From Anolis carolinensis (taxonomy: Eukaryota): a stretch of 64,000 nucleotides of DNA. Position numbers and translations under genes: made by a program. Numbering within the stretch: the first letter of the stretch is position 1; each line of letters begins with the position of its first letter. The notes under the pieces were generated by a model. The model ran no database searches and was not told where the DNA came from. It worked only from the letters and a program-made list of their open reading frames with translations. Of the stretch, positions 1 through 12,397 are shown in pieces. The stretch spans positions 167,819,574 through 167,883,573 of the forward strand of contig NC_085841.1 in assembly GCF_035594765.1 (NCBI RefSeq), in the 5' to 3' direction.

Positions 1-1504
1 TTCAATGTAGTGCAATTGATTGTTTATCTTTCAGACATTTGATTCCATCTGTTGAACTCCATAAATTAGGAACTGATTAACACATTCAAAAAGAAGACTT
101 TGGAGTGTGATGGCTAATGAAAGGTTGATAGACTAACTCTTTAGTTGTTAACGGACAATAATCCTCATTGGGGATTAATAATAAATTATCTGTATCACTT
201 GTAAACTGTTTTGAAAATACCTGTGGCTTGCAAAACATTTTGTCAGTTTTGACCAGAATGCTTTACTTCTATCTGAATTTGTTCTTATAGTGTATAGTGA
301 CAATAAGGATGATAGACTAACACTATCTATGGATTTCATCACACAAAGTTGCTGAAGTGCAATTATGGCAGAAAAAAGCTCATTGGTGTGGCTTACCATA
401 TGTATTGTGGATATCCTATACTCTCATTGTGCTTGATTCTGACAGGATGATCTTTTCATTGATGGCAAAAACCCGTCAATTATCCAATATTGCTGTTGTC
501 CTGTTAGTTCTTCCTTGTGTGATTATCTCTTTCTGATGCATTCCAAGTATTGCAAAGCAGAGAAAGATCTCGCAAGAATGCTGAAACTGTGCAACTACAA
601 AGTTGCAACAAACAGGAGGAGAATGAAGGTGTGGGAACCTCAGTGTGCATGTGGTGGATAGAGCAAACACAGGTAGAATGCAATGCTGGGTGAAAAACTG
701 AACACAGGAATTACTGTCCTTGTAGTGGCAGCATTACACAGTTGTGCAATGTATGAAAGAGATTACTCTAATAATTGTATGTTTTGTCTTGCTGAAACAT
801 TGTTGCAACACTTTTGCAATGAGACAACAGGCTGATGTGATAAAGTCCTATGTTGATATTTCCTGCGATTTTGTGTTTTTAAAACAATGGATATTTGGAC
901 TGAAACCTTTTAAAAGAAGATCTCTATTATAAACAGGACACCTTTTTCCTTCTCTCATTTAATAAAAAGAAGCTCTCATGCTGTCTTTAATCTGTCTTGT
1001 TACAGAGACCCTTTTGATAAGAATATTCCTTGAAAGGTTCAGAAATATGTTTTCCAAACCTTGTGTTCTTGATCATATATTTGCATGAGCAAATATCCTT
1101 AACAATTTGGTATTCTCTAGGTTTTCCAACAAAATTGCCTATCATTTTTTTTTACATTTATGCAAACACAAGCTGTTGACACCTCCCTTATGATTAATGC
1201 TCCCAACCAAAGATTATGTTATCATGCAATCTCAGATGCTGGTTTACAAGGCAGCAATTTAGAGGCATTATATTTCCTTGCAAAATGGTGGAAGGAATTT
1301 AGGATACTGTTTTATGCATGTCGACATATTCACTGGATCCTTAGGGCAACATTCTTGTCTTAATTAGCTTGTCTGTCTGCATTGTCAGGTTCAGGTGCAT
1401 GCAAATAAAGCTGTATTATTTTCATACCCATTTTCAATAAAAGGAGTTTTGTGGACAGTTGATCTCTAAATTCTCAGTTTACCTAGTTGTGAATTCTTAC
1501 TACC

Positions 1505-1925
1505 CTCCTTATTTTTTGGAAGAGCCTGAAAACTTGGCTCTTCCAACAGGCTTTTGGTGACTGATTTCTTTAGTCTGGGATTGCCCTGTTTTATTCTATT
1601 TTCATAGCATTTTCATTCCTTAGCCATACATAGTCTTTAGGTGTATGCCTCCTCCAGCACCTTAATGGGATAATAGTCCCTGGTACCTACCTCTTTCTTA
1701 ATTTGCATCATACAAAACTATTTGCACTTTTCTGGCCCACTTCCCCTTTTAGGAGCCAACCCAGGATTTTACCAAAGTGTGCTTATTGTGTATTGGTATG
1801 TGTGATTTTATTTGTTTATGATTTGTTTTTATTGTTGAGTTTTATATTGTTTGTTGCCTGGCCCTGGCCCCATGTAAACCACCCCGAGTCCCCTCGGGGA
1901 GATGGGGCGGGGTATAAAAATAAAA
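1505..1925 (+). mobile_element. L2 LINE 3' end fragment
   Basis: Starts with an L2 ORF2-end-like motif (CTGAAAACTTGGCTCTTCCAACAGGCTTTTGG) and ends with the squamate L2 terminal stem-loop GTAAACCACCCCGAGTCCCCTCGGGGAGATGGGGCGGGGTATAAAAATAAA. Confidence 0.7.
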
Positions 1926-2308
1926 TCATAATAATGAATATTATTATTACAATGAACTAGTATGACACCATATTGTTGCATACCTTTCACTGGATTTGCT
2001 CTTTAGATAATTACTTTTAGGCAAGGTCTGTTCATAAATGACAGCATGTTATATGGAGTTCCCAGACTGAAAGGAATCCAAATCAGTGCAGCTTTCTGTA
2101 TCTCATCATTTTGTTACCTTAAAGCCCAATCCCTGTTAACTGTTTCACATTGCACTTCAGATCTGGATAGTTTCTTTAACATATAATGCTAATTTGTTTG
2201 GTATGCACATTAGGTGGATTGTTTACCATGGGAGAACCCATTTTTTGGAGACAAGTATGACAATGTGCTACTTCTCAGCTAAACCTATCTTACAGGGTAT
2301 ATCCTAGT

Positions 2309-2589
2309 CAGGCCTGTGGCAAGGGGGGGGGGATTTAGGGGTTCAACCCCCCCCCCCCGAAATTTTTCAAGTTATAAAAAAAATCTCGTTTACTCATGAA
2401 TTTTAACTGGTTAACCAAATCCCCATGCTAAGTCTATGAGATGCAAAACATTAAGAGTCCCTCCAGGCACTATCTCAAGCAGATATTGACAGGTTTGTAG
2501 CGGGGAGGGGTATGTGCTAGGGGTTCAACCCCCCCCCCCCCCCAAATTTTCAAAACCCCTCCCGAAATTTTTTTCTGGCTACAGCCCTG
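2309..2589 (+). mobile_element. hAT MITE, G/C-tract family, copy 1
   Basis: Imperfect TIRs CAGGCCTGTGGC...GCTACAGCCCTG; perfect 8-bp TSD ATCCTAGT (2301-2308, 2590-2597). Confidence 0.9.
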
Positions 2590-4045
2590 ATCCTAGTATT
2601 CCACAGCATTGAGTCATGGCAGTTAAAGTGTTGTCAAACTGCATGAATTCATGACAATCCTTAGGAGAGAATGGCCCTGGTTTTGTCATTGCAGTGGAGA
2701 GTAGGAGATATTTGGCAATCGATGGAGAAAGCGGTGGGGTTTTTTGTGGCCAAAAAGGAAATAACAGCCTATAATGGACAAGTGCAATAATGTCTTACTT
2801 CTCAGCTAAACCTATATTACAAGGTGTTTGTCGTGATAATGGTGAGAGGAGAAACATGTAAAGCAAGAATGGACTTTGCAGGTGTGGAATAGATTTTTTT
2901 TCATCTTTAGTAGAAGCATCAACAACAATAGTTTGTTGATATCATAGTTCTTTTCTCTCTCTCTTAGGCTTTAAGAAAAGTGGCAAAATGAACATTTCTA
3001 TCAGAATATCATTAAAAGGAAATTCACAATGGAAAGTCCAACTTGTCTCCAGCATATAGAATCTGGCAATGATAAACACACAGGCAATGTAATAATTATG
3101 GTATCTGTTACATATGCAATAGGCATTGATTTATCCAGACAGGATATATAGCCAGTTGGAGAACAGACAGTTTCACTTTCTCTGTCTTACTACAGAGTAT
3201 AACTTGTATATCTATCAGCTAGGAACACCCTTAACAATTTAGGCTCGTTGAAGGCTGTAATAAACTGCCTGAATCTCATCTCTCAGAAGCTGGCCTTTAT
3301 ACTATCTTCATCCTCCATCTGTACAATCAGAGATAGATATTAATAGTTTTCATTAATATCAACAGTGATCACCCCTCCAATGGAGAGTGAGATTTATATA
3401 TACATATTTATAATTAAGTCACTTCAGGGACCCAAATCCTGATTGTGTCACCAGCCACTGTTTCTGCCACTAGATGATTGCAACAGATGGCATCAGTCAC
3501 CAGATATTAATGTTTGCGTTTTAAATCTATGGTGTTCCCTGGTTTTCCCTGTTTCCCTCAAGACTTATTTCTTCTGCCTCTCTTTGTTTTATGTTCGATG
3601 GGCTTCATGCCTGTAACTAGCTAGTAAAGCTGTACTTGTGCTGTCTGGCATGCAAACATCCTACTTTTTAACTTTATACACATACACTTCTTTCCATAAT
3701 ATCCAGACTTCAGGTATAAAGTTTAGTAAAATATAAACTGAATTAGTGCTTAGCCTGTAACAAGGGAGATGGAGGCAGGTCCAAAATGGGGGAAGCAGTA
3801 GTATTTCTACTTCAGTCTGTAGCTTGGAAGCTTGGGATGCCACTATCCACAGATGTCTGTGCTGAATACAACTTGTACATCTTCAAAGTATCTTGGGACG
3901 CTTGCTTTTCTTACAAGACTTCATTCTGAAAAGTTTGAAATGTGTTGCTGTTTGGGGGGGGGAACCCAAATACATCTTTCAAGAGGAAAGAAAAAAGATA
4001 CCAAAGCCCAACACAAAGCAACTGGCTCGTAATACCATTAGTTAT

Positions 4046-4046
<1 letters not shown>

Positions 4047-4098
<52 letters not shown>
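4047..4098. repeat. (TAA)n microsatellite, 5' flank of Dong element
   Basis: Seen directly. Confidence 0.95.
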
Positions 4099-6749
4099 CA
4101 GATGCAAGTAACCTGAAAAATATGAAAGAGAAGAAACTGAAGAATGACAAAATCAAGCAATACCTGATCAGAAAGTACTGGCTGAACACCAGAAAAATTG
4201 AAGAAGCTTTGGAAATTGTGAAAGAACAAATTACAGCAACAGTCAGAAAAATGGAAAGATATGAAGCCAGAATCATCCAGTACAGACAAAATCAACTGTT
4301 TCAATCAGACCAAAGACGGTTCTACCAGAGTCTGAACCAAACAACAGACACAGTAACCATAAAGCCAGAGAAAACTGCAACAACAAAGTTCTGGAAAGAG
4401 CTTTGGGAAAATAATAAGAACTACAACAAAAATGCTGGGTGGATAACGGAGTTTGAATTGAAATTCTCACAGAACAAAATGGAACAGATGGAAATAACAA
4501 CTGAAATGATCAGCAAACAAGTGCAAAAAGTCAAGAACTGGACATCGCCTGGTAGTGATCAACTTCATGGATTTTGGATCAAATATCTGATTAGTTTACA
4601 TGGAAAAATGGCCCAACAATTCAATGAGATGCTGCAGAAAGGAAGTATCAGTGAATGGCTAACAACTGGAAGAACATACCTGATACAAAAAGATCCAGCA
4701 AAAGGAGCAGCACCAGGAAACTACAGGCCAATAACATGTCTGCCCACTATGTTTAAGCTACTGACTGGCATCATAGCTGACAGAATTCAAGACTATCTTG
4801 AAGAAAAAAACATCTTGCCAGATGAACAGAAAGGCAACAAATGGAAAAGCAGGGGCACAAAAGACCAGTTATTAATTGACAAAATGTTTCAGGAGAACTG
4901 TAAAAGCCGAACAGCTAATCTTCACATGATGTGGATTGACTACAAAAAGGCCTTTGACTCACTCCCACACAGCTGGATCATCAAGTGCCTGGACGCCATC
5001 GGGATTAGTAAAAACGTTGGCACCTTTATTGAAAACATGATGGAGCACTGGAAAACTGAACTGTTTGTTGGAAATGAAAGCTATGGACTTGTCAGCATCA
5101 GAAGAGGAATTTTCCAGGGAGACTCATTGTCCTCTCTGCTTTTCATTATAGCCATGATCTCTCTGTCAACAATCTTACAAAAAACAAATCTCGGCTATCA
5201 AATATATAAGAAATCTCACAAAATTTCGCATTTGATATACATGGATGATCTGAAGCTGTATGGCAAAACGGAAACTGAAATCCAGTCTCTGACTAACACT
5301 GTCTGAATTTTTAGCACTGATATCAGCATGGAGTTTGGTTTGGACAAATGTTCAACAGTGGCATTTAAGAAGGGAAAAATCATTGAAAGTGAGGGCATAA
5401 ATATGCCTAACGGCCAAATGATAAAATGTCACCAGTCAGAGGCATATAAATATCTGGGCATATTACAGCTGAACAACATGAAGCATGAACATGTGAAAAC
5501 TGTGGTCATCAAAGAATACACACAGAGGGTCAGAAAAATTCTCAAAAGCAAGCTCAATGGAGACAACACCATCAAGGCCATAAACACCTGGGTCATACCT
5601 GTCATAAGATATACTGCTGGCATTATAAACTGGACACAGGTGGAACTGGACAATTTGGACAGAAAAACAAGAAAACTCATGACCATTCAGCATTCACTAC
5701 ACTCTCGCAGTGATGTTGACCGGCTATATCTGCCTAGAAGATCAGGTGGCAGAGGACTCTTACAAGTAAAACAAGCAGTCAAAGAAGAAGAACATGCCCT
5801 GGCAGAATATGTAAGGCAAAGTGAAGAACCTGCTTTGATTGAAGTCAAAAATCAGAAACTCCTCAAAGCACAGCAGACAAAAAACCAGTACAAGAAAGCC
5901 ACACTACAAACTAGAGCTGACAGCTGGCACAACAAAACATTGCATGGAAAGTTCCTTGACAAAATTGAAGGAAAAGCTGATAAGAAGAAGACCTGGCTAT
6001 GGCTCATGAATGGGACCCTGAAGAAGGAGACAGAAGGCCTGATAATTGCAGCCCAGGAGCAAGCCATTAGAACAAATGCAATCAAGGCCAAGATCGAAAA
6101 ATTAGCTGATGACCCAAAATGCAGACTGTGCAAGGAAACCGACAAAACCATTGATCATATCCTCAGCTGCTGTAAGAAAATCGCACAGACAGACTACAAA
6201 CAGAGGCACAACTATGTGGCCCAAATGATTCATTGGAACATATGCCTCAAGTACCACCTCCCTGCAGTAAAGAACTGGTGGGATCACAAACCTGCAAAAG
6301 TATTGGGAAATGAGCACGCAAAACTACTGTGGGACTTCCGAATCCAGACTGGAACAAAACACACCAGACATCACAGTTGTGGAAAAGAAAAAGGTTTGGA
6401 TCATTGATGTTGCCATCCCAGGTGACAGTCGCATTGACGAAAAACAACAGGAAAAACTCAGCCGCTATCAGGACCTCAAGATTGAACTTCAAAGACTCTG
6501 GCAGAAACCAGTACAGGTGGTCCCGGTGGTGATAGGCACATTGGGTGCCGTGCCAAAAGATCTCAGCCGGCATTTGGAAACAATAGACATTGACAAAATT
6601 ACGATCTGTCAATTGCAAAAGGCCACCCTACTGGGATCTGCGCGCATCATCCGAAAATACATCACACAGTCCTAGACACTTGGGAAGTGTTCGACTTGTG
6701 ATTTTGTGATATGAAATCCAACATATCTATCTTGTTTGATGTGTCATAC
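4099..6749 (+). mobile_element. R4/Dong-clade non-LTR retrotransposon, 5'-truncated
   Basis: RT motifs (YRPITCL, DYKKAFDS, GIFQGDSLS, YMDD), CCHC knuckle (CRLC...DHILSCC), C-terminal restriction-like endonuclease (PDITVV...IIDVAIP...EK..RY), ~75-nt 3'UTR, (TAA)n on both sides. Confidence 0.93.
4122..6675 (+). pseudogene. Disrupted RT-CCHC-RLE polyprotein of the R4/Dong element
   Basis: ORFs 4122-5306 and 5328-6407 are in the same frame, separated by one TGA (5304-5306). A frameshift near 6350 moves the endonuclease into ORF 6310-6675. Confidence 0.9.

Positions 6750-6791
<42 letters not shown>
6750..6791. repeat. (AAT)n tail/target of Dong element
   Basis: Seen directly. Confidence 0.95.
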
Positions 6792-6793
<2 letters not shown>

Positions 6794-7098
6794 AACTGAA
6801 TTTAAATATCTTGAGATTGAGAGATAACAATGTGCTCTCCAATTTGCTAAGAAAAATGTTTTAGTTCAATAACAGAAATTCTAAATTTTTGTTTAATTAT
6901 AGAAGAAAATAAAAAAAAAGATTTTAAATCTATTCAGGGGCTATGGTGATATGAGGAGTGCACTGGGTTTTCTGGTTTGTGGAAAAAGCTCTCCAAGGCA
7001 CTAACTCTGTGCAGGATTTTCTGGGCTAAAGGTTTTACAATTGGACAATTAGCCAGTGTAGCTCCAAGAAAGAGAAACAAATTCAGGTTGATTACAAG

Positions 7099-7340
7099 CA
7101 GGCCTGTAGCCGGGGGGGGGGGGGGGTAGGGGTTCAACCCCCCAGAAAATTTTCAGTTTTTTTAAAAACCTGGTTTACTCATGAATGCAAAAAATTAAGA
7201 GTCCCTCCAGGCACTATCTCAAACAGATATTGACATGTCTGTAGCTGGGGGGGGGGGGGGGAGGGGGGGGTTAGGGGTTCAACCCCCCCCCCCCAAATTT
7301 TCAAAACCCTCCTCGAAATGTTTTTCTGGCTACGGCCCTG
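7099..7340 (+). mobile_element. hAT MITE, G/C-tract family, copy 2
   Basis: CAGGCCTGTAGC...GCTACGGCCCTG; perfect 8-bp TSD ATTACAAG; internal deletion relative to copy 1. Confidence 0.9.
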
Positions 7341-8248
7341 ATTACAAGTTAATTTTGAAGTGAAAATAATTATTTCTTTATTAAGAAGACTGATTTAAAA
7401 AAGCAGTCGATACTGACAGAACACTAGCTGCTTTTCAAAAAGATAAATCCTAAAAAACATACTCCTTACCAAAGGTTCTAGGGGGTGAGTGTGCCATCTT
7501 TCAGGGTGACCAGAGAAACAGGATATCTCTCCCTGCTTTGCCAGCATTCTTCTTGCTATGTTCAGACACAGGCAAGAAGCAATTTCCTTTAAACACTTTC
7601 TTACAAGTCATATTTATCAAGCATAACTCATAACAATTATGTGGCGGAAGGTCTTCCAGATAGTTAAATCATTTTTATATTTTAAATAAAAGGTATTTTT
7701 ATAAATTCATTAGTCCTAAAAATCTTTCAGCTAATAATTGTTTAAGACAAAATCCCTTAAGCTACTCACAACATCTTCTTAACAGAATAATCATTTTAGA
7801 AGAATGACATAAAATCATCAAGATTCTTAGATCATATAAGGCACCTGGTCTGGATGGACTTAATTGTAGATTTTATACAGTTTCTAAGAAGATCCTCTCT
7901 CCTCTTTTAATAGCATTACAATATAGCAGTGTCCCTAATATCTGTGGTTTCATCTACTTGCATCTGACAAAATCTTTCTAGGAATTTTCTAGAACCTCGA
8001 GGGGATTCTAGTTTTTTTTTTCTTCCAATATGACTCTCTGTTAATTATGATTCCCCATTTCCATGGTAGGTTCAGGAATGTATGCGCCACAGATACAGGA
8101 GTTTTACTGTAATTAAATCAATTATCTTGGGCTACAAAATTCCATCTTCCTAAAAATTGATTTTATGGTACTCATTCACGATTTCATCACATGGGCAAAA
8201 TTGCTTATCCTATGACATTTCATCCTTACTTTAGGCACGGAGCTCGCC

Positions 8249-8539
8249 GGATCCCATCACACAACATAGATCTACTTCCGGCAGGGCTCTGTGACTGAAG
8301 TGAGGTTGAACTGTCATAAGCAGCAGCACTAACAATAAGGGAGACTTTCCATGTTGCATAGATAAGAATGAAAAGGAAGCTGGGTGATGACGCTTTGCAC
8401 GTGAGATGAGGTAAGGGGCAGTGCAGGTGATGCTGGGCATGGGTCGATGGGTTTCCCATGCCCCACGCGAGATTCGCCACGATCCATGGCCAATCCTCCT
8501 GCTATTGCCCAGCATACTGATTTGAATGTGATGAGGTCC
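8249..8539. mobile_element. Old MITE, possibly Harbinger-like
   Basis: Inverted ends GGATCCCATCACAC / ATGTGATGAGGTCC; no clean TSD; similar ends at ~48037-48521. Confidence 0.45.
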
Positions 8540-8547
8540 ATACTCAC

Positions 8548-8617
8548 ATGAAAATTATCCACAAGAGGTAAATTCCTACTGCCTATTAATATTTCTAAAT
8601 CAGGATAACCTGTTAAC
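8548..8617 (-). CDS. Candidate 70-nt internal exon (LTGYPDLEILIGSRNLPLVDNFH), unidentified
   Basis: Acceptor ttcatttcag|G, donor CAT|gtgagt, only one open frame; protein not recognised. Confidence 0.3.
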
Positions 8618-11600
8618 CTGAAATGAAATGGATTCCTAATAAATACAACACAGAGAGAGAGATACATACCTATAATGGTGCGCATGGGTTTCTTGCATAC
8701 ATTTACTAAATGTCTACCGTAAGTTTAAATTTCAGAAGAATGAACTGTCAAAATCACCTCTGAGTATTCTTTGCTTAAGAAAACAGAAGACTGATGTAAT
8801 TTTGTAGGTGTTGTTGATATTGTTAACTAAACTTTAATGAATAGTTGAAAAGGCTATATCATCTTCCACAAACAAGTAAATATGGAGTTATTCCTTCCAA
8901 AAGGATGTCATTTTTTTATTATTTGAACCCAAGGACCAAAAATCTGAGCTCACACTAATAATCTTTCTGCCTCAAAAGCTTTTACTTACCTGTCTTTTTG
9001 CCCCTCCCCCTCCCACTTTCCAGGTATCACTTAGGGCCAGCTATCAAAAAGGCTGTGAAGCGAAAACACAGTTTTTCTAGGGTTCTAGTGAATATGAATA
9101 TCTTCATATTGCCATATGCTCATCTAAACAACAGTCTCTGTGGCACCATAAGTACTAATCCTTTTATCACGATATTTTGGGCATTTGATAACATCTTGAA
9201 CTCTATTTTTCCCTCTTCAGAATGCATCTTTTAGAACATCTGCTTCTCATAATGCAATAGAGTAATTGCCCCTTTTTTTTCCTCAAGCATATCTTCTTTT
9301 TCATAATTGAAATCCTCTTCATATGCTGCTGCAAAAGAGAAGAAATAGAGGAAGTGAATTCCTTTGCATATAAGAGGTAAAGATGTCTCTGTCAATTGGA
9401 AATGAGAATTGGTCATTGTCATTTGCACCAATATGAATTGGCAATCATATTGGTGCAGAAAGCCACAGGGAGAGAGACAAAATGAGTTTGGAGGATATTC
9501 ATCAAAAGGCCATTGCATTAGAATTATGGTAAGACCATAATATTTTTATAATGAATATATAGCCAGGTTCCTTCCTCAAAAAAGGACTCACTTTTAATGA
9601 TTTACTATCGACCTCATTACAAAGGACTATATTCGGTGGCATGCACCAGTTTAGCCCAGGTCACCCATGGAGCCAGCCGGCAACCATCATATGATGCCAG
9701 TGTGGCTCCATGGGTGAAGGAGGGCGGAGCTGGCACATACTGCCGTCATGGCAACACGGAAGGTTTCCTGTGTTGCCACTGAAATCCATGGGGGGAAGCC
9801 ATGCACTCCACACCCGCTCCCCCCCCCCCCCCTGTGATCAGCTGGAAAAGGAGCTGAGTGATGAGGGCTTGCACATTTTGTGCAGACCTGTGTCTTCTTT
9901 TGTGCATTCCTTCTCTCTCTCACTCTCTCTCCCTCCCTCCCTCTGTCTGCTTAGTTAGCCAGGCTAGCAATAATTGACTTGAGGTTCCTTAATTGGTAAA
10001 ATGTAGTATAGTAAGCAAAAATAGTAATAGAAAAACATCCAAAGAACAGAACAGAACATAACAGAACAAGAAGTGTCTACCTCAAAAAATTGGAGAGTTG
10101 TAGTGATCACATTGTCATGGAACCAAGCATCTTAAGGTGGATAACATGCAGTTTATGGTTTGCTGTAGCTTTGAGTAAATGTCTCAATTAATTCACTGTT
10201 GTTGCACTTTTTTCGGCTGCTTTTCAAATGTCACAGTTTGTCCGCTTCCCACTGTCACCTTTTGTCTTCATATTATAAACTACTGCAGCATTTCATGGTT
10301 TATCTGTTGTTGCCCATTAATAACATTGGCCACACTCAGATGTGGCTTGGCCCCATGTGTCCTGGCTTTGATCTGTGACATGCCAGGTGGTATGGAATTG
10401 CCACTGTGACACTGAAATTCTGGTGGTCTATTGAGCAAACTAGTAAAAGCAAGCAACACATTCAAGTTTGTTTTTAAGAGTTTATTTTAAACAAGGATTT
10501 TGGTAATAAAGCAAACAAATATCTTTGGAACCAATATCACCTATCTTTTTTCAGGCCTTTTCCAAACATGCCATACCGGGGTGATGGAATGATGGGGTAA
10601 CCTTCAGTGGATCCCAAGGGTCAGAGCTGTTCCTTGGTCCCATTGAAGGTGCCCAGCCCTGTTGTCTGTTATCAAAAGGTTTTGTTTGTTTTTTGAAGGA
10701 AGAGTAGGTTACAAGAGTAATAAATACAGATAGATTTATGAGCCGGAGGCTATTGATTGAGTATGTTGCACTGACAGGTTGATGATTCCTCCTGCTATGA
10801 CAGAATAATGAATAACCCAATACAGAATCTAGTTACAGAGTGATGAGAAAGGTTTCAGTTATGTATGAATGGTTTTGATACCTTAGGAGAAAAACTGTGA
10901 TGGCCATACATTTAAACAGCATTTAACAGCGTTATTTTTTCTATTTTTTCCTGTACATCCTTATGGAGACAAAAAGAGACCTTTGATGCATAGAAGGGAG
11001 TCATCAGTAGACTGGCAAGGGGGAAAAAAATCTCTTAGACCGGAATACCCCCATGCACCCCAATGAAGACTGTGAACTTTGTTGCAGGAACCCACTGTTC
11101 CACTACAGTTGTGTTATCATTGATTATTATAATTAGTTTTATTGTACCAGTTCATTCATTTGTGGTCCAATGGTTGTTCTTCTGCATACTTCATTAATCC
11201 TGTCTTCCTGTACTAATTGTGCAATTTTGGTTTCAAAAAACAAAACAAAACAAAAACAAACGGCAACTATACATATAAAATGTATGATAAGGGAAAAATG
11301 ACCAGCTTGGGAATAGTGAGAGGGAGGACAAAGAGGAGAAGAATTCCACCCACTGACATCACTTTACTGTTGGCATGTTGAGAAAGAAGTGAAGGGAACC
11401 CACTGTACCAGGTTAGATGGTGAGAACATTGCAGGATTGGTAACTATTGAACACTATAGCTAGAAACACAAGAATCACAGGTATGAGGCAGACAAGCATA
11501 AGGATGCACATGGGATAAGGTGGCTCTGAGTCCCCTCGGAGCATCCTTGAGTCTCCTTGGATGAGAAAGGCGGGGTAAAAATGCGGTAAATAAATAAGAA

Positions 11601-11731
11601 TAAATAAATAAAGACTGTCAGATAAGGTGACGGTCCAGCTGCTGTGTTGGTTTGACTGCCTCATGTACTAAAATCCTGTGTGTAGTTATCAGCCATGGAA
11701 TGCCGATTAGCTTGATTGACTAGTCAGCAAT

Positions 11732-11786
<55 letters not shown>
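11732..11786. repeat. (CA)n microsatellite
   Basis: Seen directly. Confidence 0.95.
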
Positions 11787-11788
<2 letters not shown>

Positions 11789-12055
11789 AAGATGGTGAGT
11801 AAAGAATTTTTCAACCCAATAGATCAGGAAAATCATACACAATTATAAAATAGATCAGAAACATCTTTCTTTCTGTATGTGTGTATATGCTTGTGTCTAA
11901 AACAATCAACAGTGTCTTACAATCAATGGAAATGTGAATACATTTCATAACATCTGAAAAAGAATATGCGACTTTGAAAACTATTTCAGTTTTGTACAAT
12001 TGTACAATTGAAATTGGCTTGTATTGCAACATAAACATAATCATCATCATCATCA

Positions 12056-12250
12056 TCATTTAATTATTTATTAATCACCCTCCATTCACGATGCTCTAGG
12101 CAATTTACAAGATAAAATTGTAAAGGATAAAAATATATATATACAAATATTGATAAAATTAACATAGATTAAAAGCTCTAGTAAAGAGCCAGGTCTTGAG
12201 TGCTAGGGTAAAAGGCCCCAACTCACGCATGGCTCTCATATAGGGCCACA
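12056..12250 (-). mobile_element. L2 LINE 3' fragment
   Basis: Reverse complement contains GCACTCAAGACCTGGCTCTTTACTAGAGCTTTT and a terminal GTAAATTGCCTAGAGCATCGTGAATGGAGGGTGATTAATAAA. Confidence 0.6.
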
Positions 12251-12397
12251 TGAAACATGAAAACAATAATAACAAACTCATTTAGATATTAAAGACATGA
12301 GGTGAGGCAAGGTGAGATTTCACATAAAATTGGAAATCATTCAGGAAAAGGAAATGTCCACTACACAGTTACAGTGCTGTGATCCCACTTTACTGTG

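Noticed and set aside
600-830. Short resemblances to viral proteins (PSIAFYLCLLYP versus bornavirus N; Cys-rich stretch versus nidovirus zinc-binding domain)
   Set aside because: Only a few residues match, they lie on opposite strands and flanking motifs are absent; consistent with chance.
3893-4304. ORFs with poly-I/Y/N runs (also ~25700-26030 and ~46040-46260)
   Set aside because: Translations of (TAA)n microsatellites.
8230-8328. Apparent minus-strand exon (SPAGSRSMLCDGIRRAPCL)
   Set aside because: Most of it falls inside a putative MITE (8249-8539) and the acceptor is ambiguous.
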